From contig OZ241867.1 in the NCBI GenBank assembly GCA_965203175.1, positions 3,008,001-3,072,000 of the forward strand: 64,000 nt of DNA, in the 5' to 3' direction. Positions 38,374 through 46,856 of this stretch are shown in pieces. Position 1 is the first letter of the stretch. Each line of letters begins with the position of its first letter. Made by a program: the position numbers and the translations under genes. Below the pieces are notes generated by a model. The model did no database searches, was not told the DNA's origin, and was given only the letters and a program-made list of their open reading frames with translations. This DNA is from Candidatus Latescibacterota bacterium. Lineage in GTDB: Bacteria; Latescibacterota; UBA2968; UBA8231.

Positions 38374-39704
38374 TGCGGGGAGTTCTCTTGCGCGGATAGC
38401 TGTCGTCGGGCTTCGGCGATTTTGGCTTGCAAAGCCTCATTGGCCGCCCCACCAGACGGAACGTTCTCCCAGAGCGCAATGGCCCGTGCGAATTCGCCTC
38501 GGCGGGCGTGGATATCGCCGAGCAGTATGCGGGCACTATAGAGCTTCTCATCCAGTTCGATGGCCCGCTCGACGGCCGCCTGCGCTTGGTCCAGTTGATC
38601 CATTTCGAGGTACACATTGCCGAGATTGGAGTAGTAGAAACCCGTAGATGGGGCAAACCGCACAGCCCGATCGTATTGTCTGAGGGCCTTTTCTAGTTGG
38701 CCTTGCTTGTGAAAGATCAAACCCAGATTGTTGTGGCTTTCGGCTAGGGTTGAGTCGTGGCTCAATGCTTCGAGGTAATAGCGCGCCGCTAAATCGTCCT
38801 TGCCCCGGCGCTGGAGCAGCGTGCCCAGCCCTTGGTACCCCAAGCCATAGGTCGAGTCGATAAGGATGGACTGGCGATAGTGCTCGACAGCTAGTTTGAG
38901 ACGTCCAAAGCGACTGTAGAGGGCGGCAAGATTGGAGTGGGTTTGGGGTTGGTCGGGGTGCTGGCGCAGCGCATCTTGATGGGGCTTGAGTTGGGCGTTT
39001 TGTTCGTCCAAGACGCTCGCTCGCTCGAGGGCGCGCTGCCCTTCCGCATCGCGGCCCATGCGCAACAGAGCCTGCCCGATTCCAAGGAACGCGGCCGGCT
39101 CGTGAGGACTGAGACGCGCGACTTGGCGCAGTTGGCGCTCGGCCTCTTGGTAATTGCCCAATTTTAGGTCTGCTAGACCTAGCTGTAGTCGAGCTTGAAG
39201 GTGGGTGGAGTCGGCAGTGGCGATGGCGGCAAAAACCTCGCGGGCTTCTTGTAGCTGGCCTTCGCGTTGGTGGATCACGCCTAGAATATACCGCGCTTCG
39301 ACAGCGTTAGGGGCTAGTTCCAGTGCCTCGGTGAGGAGTTGGCGAGCCTCCTCTATTTTTCCGTGTACATCGTAGAACATTTTGCCCAAGGCGATGCGGG
39401 GCCCGGCGTAGTCGGGTTTTAGCTCAAGCGCCTTCTCAAATTGGGTCTGCGCCTCGGCAAAACGACTCTGGGCGTGCAATACAACGCCGAGATAGTAGTG
39501 GTATTGGGGGTTGTCTGGAGCTTGTTGCAGCGCTTGGCGATAGGCTTGCTCGGCTTGGGAGAAGAGGCCGCGGGCTTGGAGTGCGCGACCGGCGGCAAAA
39601 GTCTGAGCCGCTGGGTCGGCGGGCGATGCGGGGGCTTGCGTTGTATCAGGAGTTTCGCCATCGCAGGCAGCGAATACAAATAAAAAGACTAGGGCAAGGC
39701 GCAT
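38370..39704 (-). CDS. TPR-repeat lipoprotein
   Basis: Start reassigned to ATG 39704 (GGAG RBS; MRLALVFLFVFAAC lipobox); continuous TPRs. Confidence 0.88.
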   Translation of the reverse strand: MRLALVFLFVFAACDGETPDTTQAPASPADPAAQTFAAGRALQARGLFSQAEQAYRQALQQAPDNPQYHYYLGVVLHAQSRFAEAQTQFEKALELKPDYAGPRIALGKMFYDVHGKIEEARQLLTEALELAPNAVEARYILGVIHQREGQLQEAREVFAAIATADSTHLQARLQLGLADLKLGNYQEAERQLRQVARLSPHEPAAFLGIGQALLRMGRDAEGQRALERASVLDEQNAQLKPHQDALRQHPDQPQTHSNLAALYSRFGRLKLAVEHYRQSILIDSTYGLGYQGLGTLLQRRGKDDLAARYYLEALSHDSTLAESHNNLGLIFHKQGQLEKALRQYDRAVRFAPSTGFYYSNLGNVYLEMDQLDQAQAAVERAIELDEKLYSARILLGDIHARRGEFARAIALWENVPSGGAANEALQAKIAEARRQLSAQENSPQ

Positions 39705-39829
39705 AAGTTTACTCCGATATGAAGCGATTGATGCTTTGATTCCGTCGGTAAAGAGCGGCCCAGCGCTGAGAATGGGTGGCGCGCAAGCAAAGATCAAAAG
39801 AGCTTGGAAGTAGCTAGACAAAGGGCCTC

Positions 39830-41920
39830 CTATGGCGCTTCGAGCCGGCGATAGGCTTCATCGAGCAGACGCTGCGCGTGAGTGGAGGGCCCTCTTGCTA
39901 GCACTTGGAGCAGCCGGTCAATGGCCGCGGCGTGGTTCCCATTTTCGAGTTCGATGAGCGCGAGGTTGACGTGGACATCTGGGTTGTTTGGATCCAGTTC
40001 TAGGGCTTGAAGGAAATGCGTCTGTGCCGCTTGTGTGCGCCCAGCGAGTAAGTGCAGGGCACCGATGGCATTTAGGGCTTCGGGCTGCCTTGCGAGGGAC
40101 AAAGCCCGGTGGTACTGGACGAGTGCGGCCTCGACTTGCCCGGCCTGCTGTAAGGCCCTCCCTAGTTCGTAGTGCAGCCAGAAATCCCGTGGCTGCCAAG
40201 CAAGTGCCCGCTGCAAGTGAGTTGCGGCCGTGGCGTAGTGTCCTTGGCGGTAGAGTAGGCGGCCGTAGTAGTAGTGGGCCATGCCGGACTCTGGATCGCG
40301 TTGGAGAGCGCGGCGCAGATATGCTTCGGCCTGCTGTGGCTTATTGGTCGCTAGATAAATCCGGCCTAGGAGTATGCGAGTGTCGGTGCGTCGAGGATTT
40401 TGCGCTAGAGTCTGCAAGGCCTCGCGTTCGCCTTCCCCATAGCGCTCTTGATGAAAGTATGCCGCGGCTAGATTGTGGCGGGCGTAGTTGTACTCTGGGT
40501 CCAATTCCAGCGCCCGGTGCGAGTAACGCGCAGACAGGGCGTAGTTTTGCTTGCGCAGATGCACCTCGCCTAGGTCGAAGTAAAGTTGGGCGTCTTCTTC
40601 GGTCGGCGTGGCTTCGGCGAGATTGCACAGGACCAATAGGCCCCCGAGAGGTAGGGCAAGCACTGTGGTGCGGATATAGGCTCTGCGGCGCATGCCTAGA
40701 TAGAGTTGAAAGGCGGCAAAAGCAGCAAAAGCAATCAGCACCGGCACGACCGGTATGCGGTAGCGGGCCGCTGGAAAGAAGAGTACGACCGAGGCTGTGT
40801 ACACTAGCGCGTAGAGCCGCAGCAAGGCAATCGGCGGCGTCCACTCTCTCCTCATGCTCAGCGCCAAGCCGAGCAAGCTCAGCGGGCCGATCAGGCCGAA
40901 GGGAATAGACACGCGCCAATCCCAGAGCAAGAGGCTCAAGATCCGCGAGTGTTGGCGGGCGTAGTATATGTCTTGATTGCGCTTGGTCTCCGGGCCGCTC
41001 CAAAAATGGAGTACTTTCTTGCCGAGTAGTCCGAGATAGTCGAGGGGGCGCGCGGTTATGTAATCAAGGGCTTTGTAAAAGAAAAAGGCCGATTGAGCGG
41101 CCGCGGTTTCATGTTCCGAGATCGCCGCTTCGGCGATCATGGTCTCCCACTGCATACCTGGACGCAGCGAGACCGTGCGCTCGTAGTCGGCGTTGTTGCC
41201 GATGTAGAAATTGATGCCGGCATTGGAGGAGATGAATACGAGATCTGGCTCAATAGTCCAGTTGCGATAAGTGATGGGCAAAATGACCAACGCTATGGGA
41301 ATGACAAAAGAGAGCAGGGGACGGTAGGCAGATGTGCGCCGGTACCATAACGTCCAAGCGCAAAAGGCCGGGATAAAGAGCAAGATAGTAGGGCGAGTCA
41401 GAGCCGCAAGGCCCGCGATGAGGCCGGCCAGTACCCAGTTGCGCCCGCGATCACCTCTCCACGCCAGCAACAGGCTGTACAGGAGCAGGAGATTGAGGAA
41501 GATTTCCACCGGCACGGCCAATAACTCGCCCTCAAAGTAGAGCAAGGAGCCACACAAGGTCGCTGTGATGCTGGCGATGCGGCCAACCTGCTCGCCAAAG
41601 GCGTGCCGAGCCAATGCATACACTAATAGGCAGGAAAGGACGCCGAGGCTCGCGTGTACGAGCCTGATGCCGACGAAGTACGAGGCTGGCATAAGCCAGC
41701 AAACGAACGTCAGTAGGTAGATGTAGAGGGGGGGTTGCCAGTACGGTTCGTCCCCTCCCCAGAATGGGCCACTGGCAAGGGCCTGCTTGAGAAAGGTCTG
41801 GGCGTCAACTATGGGCGCGTCGAAGAAGGGACTGGCGCGGTGTTCCCACAGATAGCCCAGCCGCAGTGCGAGAGCGACTAGCAGGAGCGCGCCTAAAAAA
41901 AAGCGGGTGCTGCGCGCCAT
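39830..41920 (-). CDS. GT-C (PMT/ArnT-like) glycosyltransferase fused to C-terminal TPRs
   Basis: Polytopic N-terminal domain (IVDA, QPPLY, LTRP, NFYIGNN, RYRIP) followed by TPR repeats. Confidence 0.85.
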   Translation of the reverse strand: MARSTRFFLGALLLVALALRLGYLWEHRASPFFDAPIVDAQTFLKQALASGPFWGGDEPYWQPPLYIYLLTFVCWLMPASYFVGIRLVHASLGVLSCLLVYALARHAFGEQVGRIASITATLCGSLLYFEGELLAVPVEIFLNLLLLYSLLLAWRGDRGRNWVLAGLIAGLAALTRPTILLFIPAFCAWTLWYRRTSAYRPLLSFVIPIALVILPITYRNWTIEPDLVFISSNAGINFYIGNNADYERTVSLRPGMQWETMIAEAAISEHETAAAQSAFFFYKALDYITARPLDYLGLLGKKVLHFWSGPETKRNQDIYYARQHSRILSLLLWDWRVSIPFGLIGPLSLLGLALSMRREWTPPIALLRLYALVYTASVVLFFPAARYRIPVVPVLIAFAAFAAFQLYLGMRRRAYIRTTVLALPLGGLLVLCNLAEATPTEEDAQLYFDLGEVHLRKQNYALSARYSHRALELDPEYNYARHNLAAAYFHQERYGEGEREALQTLAQNPRRTDTRILLGRIYLATNKPQQAEAYLRRALQRDPESGMAHYYYGRLLYRQGHYATAATHLQRALAWQPRDFWLHYELGRALQQAGQVEAALVQYHRALSLARQPEALNAIGALHLLAGRTQAAQTHFLQALELDPNNPDVHVNLALIELENGNHAAAIDRLLQVLARGPSTHAQRLLDEAYRRLEAP

Positions 41921-42017
41921 GGCGTTAGAATGGTGACGAGGAAGAGGAAATTATGCAAGCATTTCCCGGTGCGGCGTTGCTCGGCTCCGCAGGTTTAGGT
42001 ACAGTCACGCGTTTTGG

Positions 42018-44672
42018 TCAATAGGCCAGCGATAGAGTCCCCGAACGCTCCGTAGAGACGTTGTCCAAGTCGATGGCGAGCCGGTAGAGATAAATACCCG
42101 GCGGCGCGACCTGCCCTTGGCTGTCGCGGCCATCCCACTCAACTTGGAGGTTGCCCGCTGTCGAACCGCCGGTCTGGATCTGGGCAATGCGACGGCCAGA
42201 CAGATCGTAGATTTCGAGTTGGACATCGACCTGATCGAGGACGAGAAAAAGGTCGAAGGAAAAAGTGACTTCGTCGTTGATGCCATCGCCGTTGGGGGTA
42301 AAAGGGTTGGGGGCGATATGAGGCGTCCTGACGATTTGGTTGATCTCGTCGGCAACTACGAGGAGCGCATTGGTGGCGATGTCGGGGGTGGCGTCGCCAT
42401 CCTCGGCTGGTTGCGGGATGGATTCGACATCTGGGTCGCCTTGGTCATTCCACACCGAACTGGTGAACTCTTCTGAGCCGCGGAAGAGCTTGGAGCGGAA
42501 GACGATCTCGATGCTCTGGTCGAATTGGAAATGCTCGGCACCCATCAGGGGCAGCTTAATGTGCAGTTTGGACGAGCCGGTGCGCGGGTTGGTGACTACG
42601 CTTTGGGCAAATTGTCCCAAGCTATCGGTGCGGCCTGCTGCTGGGGCAAGGCGGATGGGATGGACGTCGCTCAGGGGATCGGTGCCCGTGCCAGGGGCGA
42701 TTTCGGTCCAGTCTTGGCCGTCGAAGCGCAAGGTGTCGATGCGCGTGTCTGCGCTGGGCACGGCGATCTCGATCCGGTTGAAGGTGGTGGCCTCGCCTGT
42801 TTTGAAGAAGGGTCGGACAAAGTAGCGGAAAGCCGTCTCCTCACCCAAGGGGACGCGCGAGGGGAAAATCTCAGCGACGATCCCCCCTGAGACCAGCGGT
42901 GCGTCGTAGTCGAACTCGATGAAGTCCAACAGCGCTGTGCTGTGCTGGGCGGAGTCGAAGAAGATGCGGAACTGGATGTAGCGAGTGCCGCCGGGCAAGG
43001 GCAGTTGGACGCCGGTGTTTTGCCACTCGGATTCGGGCAAGCTCTCGTCGATGAGGGCGTCTTCGAGCTTGAAAGGTGCCGACCAGAAGCTCCAGCCTAG
43101 GAGGCCGTCGTCGCCTAGGTCAACACCAAGCTCGTTGTATTGCAGTTCGCGCTCGGGGATGCGGCCTTCGGGAATCTTGATCCAGGAAAACAGATCGAGA
43201 AGATTGCCGTTTTCGTCTTGGGTATCCGAAAGGCCTGGTCCCAAGCGGCGGGCGTAGATGTGGGTGTCAAGGGTGTTGCCAACGCGGAATTGGATGCGGA
43301 TGTCGCCGTCGCGGCCGTCGCGGTTTCCGCGCCAGCGCACCTTGCCCCAGTTGACTTGATCGCCGTCAACATCGAGGGGGAACTGGCTTTCATAGGCATC
43401 GCGCTGCGAGCCGGCGAATTGCTCGATCTCGCGGTCGTAGCGCCGGATGCGCGGGGTGGATGTGCCTACGTCGATGATGGCCGAGATATACTGTCCGTCG
43501 ATGGCGTAGCCGTCGCCGAAGTAGCCCGCTTCGGCGGTTTCGACATAGGTGCCCTTGGGATCCGTCGAGACTACGTCGACGCGGCCGGCGACAAAGGGGT
43601 TGACGAATCGGAAATCCTTGACTACCGGATTGAACTGGCCGTTGGTGACGGGAACTAGTGTTCTACTCGCTTGGATGGTTTCGGAGCGGCTGCTGATCGT
43701 GGTCTGGTTGCCGTAGCGGATGTAGTAGTTGGCAATGGTGCTGGCGGGCAAGGTCGGCCGCGGGCGAAAGACAATGCGGTTGAGATAGTAGTAGCCCATC
43801 AAGTTGATGCCAACGCCGCCGCGGTTGTAAATGGCGGAGCCGTATCCTGTGCTAAGGTTGCCATCGACGATCAGTTCTGCGTCGACTCGACCGATTACTT
43901 GGGCAGTCGCCCAGTGATCGGCCGAGATGGGATCGGCGATCTCGCGGCGGAAGCCGTATTCACTCGGCACCACCATAAAGGGACGCTGGGGATCCTTGCC
44001 GGGAATGATGCCGCCAAACTCGCCGGCCTTGAAGCGCTGGTTGAGCAAGTAGGCGAGGTTGCGCAGGCTGTCCAGACGCACCGGCCGCAGCCAAGTGGTC
44101 ACCCCTTGGCCGTGCTCGGGCAGCGAGGGATCTTCGTCGATGAGTCCATCGCCGTCGTCGTCGATTCCGTTGATGGGATCCTCGTTGAGTTGGCCATCCC
44201 AATCGTCGTCAAAGAGCGTGTACAACCCGTCCTCGTTGAGTTGACCATCGCCGTCATTATCGAATTGAGGATCCGGTCCGTCCTCGTTGATGAGTCCATC
44301 GAGATCGTTGTCGATCAGTTCAAGTGGGTCTTCGTCGATGAGTCCGTCGCCGTCGTCGTCGATTCCGTTGGCTGGGTCTTCGTTGAGTTGGCCGTCGTCG
44401 TCGTTGTCCACTTGCTCGTCGGCTGGGTCTTCGTTGATCAGCGCGTCGTCGTCGTTGTCGACTAACTCGACGGGGTCTTCGTCGATGAGTCCATCGCCAT
44501 CGTCGTCGGCGATCAACTCAACAGCCCAACTGCGACCCAAGTCGAGGCGCCCGGTGACCGGCCGCAGGATCCAAGGATGCACATCGTCGCCGACTCGCCA
44601 CCGCTTGATTTCGGCAGAGCCGTTGCTGGACACAAACGCCACGCCGAGTACCGCTACCAACAACCTGATCAT
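42018..44672 (-). CDS. Large secreted protein with Asp-rich repeats, discoidin-like domain and C-terminal FlgD-Ig/T9SS CTD-like domain
   Basis: GGAGG RBS, signal peptide; 8 D(D/N)DxDGLI(D/N)EDP-like repeats; PNPFTPNGDGIND...IYDLSGR...WDGRD...PPGIYL...LSLAY*. Confidence 0.82.
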   Translation of the reverse strand: MIRLLVAVLGVAFVSSNGSAEIKRWRVGDDVHPWILRPVTGRLDLGRSWAVELIADDDGDGLIDEDPVELVDNDDDALINEDPADEQVDNDDDGQLNEDPANGIDDDGDGLIDEDPLELIDNDLDGLINEDGPDPQFDNDGDGQLNEDGLYTLFDDDWDGQLNEDPINGIDDDGDGLIDEDPSLPEHGQGVTTWLRPVRLDSLRNLAYLLNQRFKAGEFGGIIPGKDPQRPFMVVPSEYGFRREIADPISADHWATAQVIGRVDAELIVDGNLSTGYGSAIYNRGGVGINLMGYYYLNRIVFRPRPTLPASTIANYYIRYGNQTTISSRSETIQASRTLVPVTNGQFNPVVKDFRFVNPFVAGRVDVVSTDPKGTYVETAEAGYFGDGYAIDGQYISAIIDVGTSTPRIRRYDREIEQFAGSQRDAYESQFPLDVDGDQVNWGKVRWRGNRDGRDGDIRIQFRVGNTLDTHIYARRLGPGLSDTQDENGNLLDLFSWIKIPEGRIPERELQYNELGVDLGDDGLLGWSFWSAPFKLEDALIDESLPESEWQNTGVQLPLPGGTRYIQFRIFFDSAQHSTALLDFIEFDYDAPLVSGGIVAEIFPSRVPLGEETAFRYFVRPFFKTGEATTFNRIEIAVPSADTRIDTLRFDGQDWTEIAPGTGTDPLSDVHPIRLAPAAGRTDSLGQFAQSVVTNPRTGSSKLHIKLPLMGAEHFQFDQSIEIVFRSKLFRGSEEFTSSVWNDQGDPDVESIPQPAEDGDATPDIATNALLVVADEINQIVRTPHIAPNPFTPNGDGINDEVTFSFDLFLVLDQVDVQLEIYDLSGRRIAQIQTGGSTAGNLQVEWDGRDSQGQVAPPGIYLYRLAIDLDNVSTERSGTLSLAY
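44127..44510 (-). repeat. Eight tandem 16-17 aa Asp-rich putative Ca/metal-binding repeats
   Basis: DDDGDGLIDEDP, DNDDDALINEDP, DNDDDGQLNEDP etc.; near-identical DNA at 44131 and 44329, 198 bp apart. Confidence 0.85.
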
Positions 44673-45055
44673 CGAATACCTCCGCGCAAGAACGTAAGCC
44701 CTTGACTGTCTGCGACGAACATGACGAACATAACAAAGACGCCGGCGGCAGTTGCGCGCTCCATCTCAGTCCACATCTGCCGGGCCAATCTCGTATTTTA
44801 GACGTTTTGTTACCCTAATTATTTTGTTACCTATTATATAGTACAGTGGTGAACAACTCAAGATAGTCAGATCAGGCCGACAGGCACGAAAAAGAGGGAT
44901 CTTTGTCGTCAATCGCTTATGTAATCAGTGGAGGCGAGGCGCAGATCAAGGAACTCGCAGCAATTTACACGAGGATTGAGCACACCTAACTTATTGTTAT
45001 TCATTGATTTTATTAGTTATGAGCCCATTGTTTCTACGGCTGTCTCTAATATATC

Positions 45056-45084
45056 TTGACACGTCTTAGGCTATTGATTATCAT
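45056..45084 (+). promoter_or_regulatory. Sigma70-type promoter of the CBM9-lipoprotein-porV-TPR-exbBD operon
   Basis: TTGACA-N17-TATCAT; the ORF-track TTG start at 45056 coincides with this -35 box. Confidence 0.7.
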
Positions 45085-45133
45085 ACTGCCCTATATATTG
45101 AAAGATATCAAAAAACAGATAAGAAGGCGTCGG

Positions 45134-46078
45134 CTGAGTTACTGGTCGCGTTTGTTGTTTTTAGGGCTGGCGCTACAGACAACAGTAGGCTTAGCTAAAC
45201 CGGCTCTAGGTCACTATCCCGAAGGAACGGCCTACAGAGCCTTTCAATTTCCCGATCACTTGGTCCCCGCTATTGACGGAGATCTGACAGATTGGGAAGT
45301 TGTAGGCGACTCCTACGCCATATTAACGGGTCAGTTTCACGACCTGATTAGTCCAGAAGTTGAGGCGAGCGATTCGGACGACTTTGCTGCTCGTCTCATG
45401 GTAGGGTGGAATAAAGCGGAAAATAGACTCTACGTCGCCGCTCAGGTTCGCGATGATATGCATCAGATTGATCGTCCCGCCGGTAGTGCTGCGGTGCTTT
45501 GGGAAGACGACGCAATGGAATTATTTATCGACGCGGACCACTCGGGTGGACAATTCGCCAATTTCACCGAGTTGAGCCACGAAGAGCGGATACGGCGCAA
45601 CGGAGCTGAAGCCAACCACTTCGTTTTGGCTGGTCCGCCGCCCGACGAGGATTTTTTTGTCAATTTTTCTGCCGCCGCTTGGTACGCACTACCCGACGGT
45701 CCGTATACTAGAGCGGCGATTGAGTTTGTAGGTGTTTTGGGAGGAAAGGGAGTGACGAATTACGAGGTCATGCTCGTACCCTTTGATCGCATCGATGTTA
45801 ATGCGGTCTTTCAAAGCGAAGAGCATCTCTTGCAGGAAAATGAAATCCTTGGTTTTAACGTAGAGTTTAACGATTTTGATGTGCATTCAGAGCTTTTTGA
45901 TGCAAAGTGGTCGCTTTCGGGCCAACACAACTCGTATCGTTTTTCTGATCGCTTCACCGACTTGATCTTGATGCCGCTAGAGGGTACTTTTCAAGCGACG
46001 GTTGTGGAGCTGAGGTCTTGGGGGCGTTTGAAAGCTTCTTTGTTCACAGAGCTGTATCAACGAGGAGTTTCTGAATGA
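45134..46078 (+). CDS. Secreted CBM9/DOMON-like protein with C-terminal SWGRLK motif (paralogue of 20906..21808)
   Basis: IDGDLTDW, VGWN, DAMELFIDADHSGG, LVPFD, ILGFNV; ends TVVELRSWGRLKASLF...; start uncertain (CTG 45134 after AAGAAGG, or TTG 45152). Confidence 0.72.
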   Translation: MSYWSRLLFLGLALQTTVGLAKPALGHYPEGTAYRAFQFPDHLVPAIDGDLTDWEVVGDSYAILTGQFHDLISPEVEASDSDDFAARLMVGWNKAENRLYVAAQVRDDMHQIDRPAGSAAVLWEDDAMELFIDADHSGGQFANFTELSHEERIRRNGAEANHFVLAGPPPDEDFFVNFSAAAWYALPDGPYTRAAIEFVGVLGGKGVTNYEVMLVPFDRIDVNAVFQSEEHLLQENEILGFNVEFNDFDVHSELFDAKWSLSGQHNSYRFSDRFTDLILMPLEGTFQATVVELRSWGRLKASLFTELYQRGVSE

Positions 46079-46821
46079 TGAGTTTCACACGAGTATTATC
46101 TTTGGTTTTGATCGTCGGTTCGGGTGTGCTAGGTTGTGGATATAGCTATTACACGGGCCCATTGCAGCCTGGCCAAGATCAGGCCTCATCTATTAGTGTG
46201 GCAGATGACGGGACCTTGACTTTTGCCCAGGATCGCTTTGAAGTGCGACTCAAGCCGATGACTGACGAGGAGTTGAATCGCCAGTTTTTCAACAATTCCC
46301 AAGCAGGTCCTAAGTCCACAAACCCCTATACCTTTGGCAACACGGTATTTTGGGGGACGGACGAAGAAAAACAGCGATTCACCGTCTTCCGTCTCGGCGT
46401 TAAGAATTACGCCTATCCCAAAGTCAAAATCGATCCGAGCAAAATCGTCGTTAAAGCGAGCAATAAGCGCGAGTATTGGAGCCTCAACTTTGAGCAACTC
46501 GACACGTATTATCGCGCCTATGCCATAGGATATAGGGGCAACGAATATGCGCGCTATCAGGAACGCCGTGACTTGCTGCGGCGAACGATGCTCAAAGACG
46601 AGGAGATCTTCAGCGGCCAAGAGGCGGAGGGCTTCGTCATTTTTCCCGTGCTTCACCCCGACGTGAGTGATATTGAGGTCCAAGTACTCGATGTAATCCT
46701 GCGATTTGACTTTCGCAACGAGCCGGTGGAGACCACCAATATTTCCTATAAATTCGTCCGAGATATCGGCAAGATTTACAAGGACGGCACGATTGTTCCT
46801 AGAGTCGCTAAGGCAAACTAG
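46075..46821 (+). CDS. Lipoprotein, paralogue of 30649..31407
   Basis: Lipobox VLGC; shared VADDGT, PMTDxELNRQF, NPYTFGN, QRFTVFR, NYxYPKV, RFD motifs. Confidence 0.82.
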   Translation: MMSFTRVLSLVLIVGSGVLGCGYSYYTGPLQPGQDQASSISVADDGTLTFAQDRFEVRLKPMTDEELNRQFFNNSQAGPKSTNPYTFGNTVFWGTDEEKQRFTVFRLGVKNYAYPKVKIDPSKIVVKASNKREYWSLNFEQLDTYYRAYAIGYRGNEYARYQERRDLLRRTMLKDEEIFSGQEAEGFVIFPVLHPDVSDIEVQVLDVILRFDFRNEPVETTNISYKFVRDIGKIYKDGTIVPRVAKAN

Positions 46822-46856
46822 CCTTTAAGCGAGACCACCAAGGAGGAGTTGGCATT

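Noticed and set aside
44127-44510. Repeated DNA units as a possible CRISPR array
   Set aside because: The repeats are degenerate, in-frame and encode Asp-rich peptide units; there are no unique spacers or cas genes.
21987-44672. Flagellar interpretation of the FlgD-like, FlgT-like and MotA-family matches
   Set aside because: No flagellar structural or export genes; the domains sit at C-termini of Sec-exported proteins, and the MotA-family gene pairs with ExbD, not MotB.
45056-45133. ORF-track N-terminal extensions (also at 8794, 13725, 30565, 31449, 37028, 39821, 55117)
   Set aside because: They overlap promoters or upstream genes; downstream starts give a proper RBS and/or signal peptide or lipobox.
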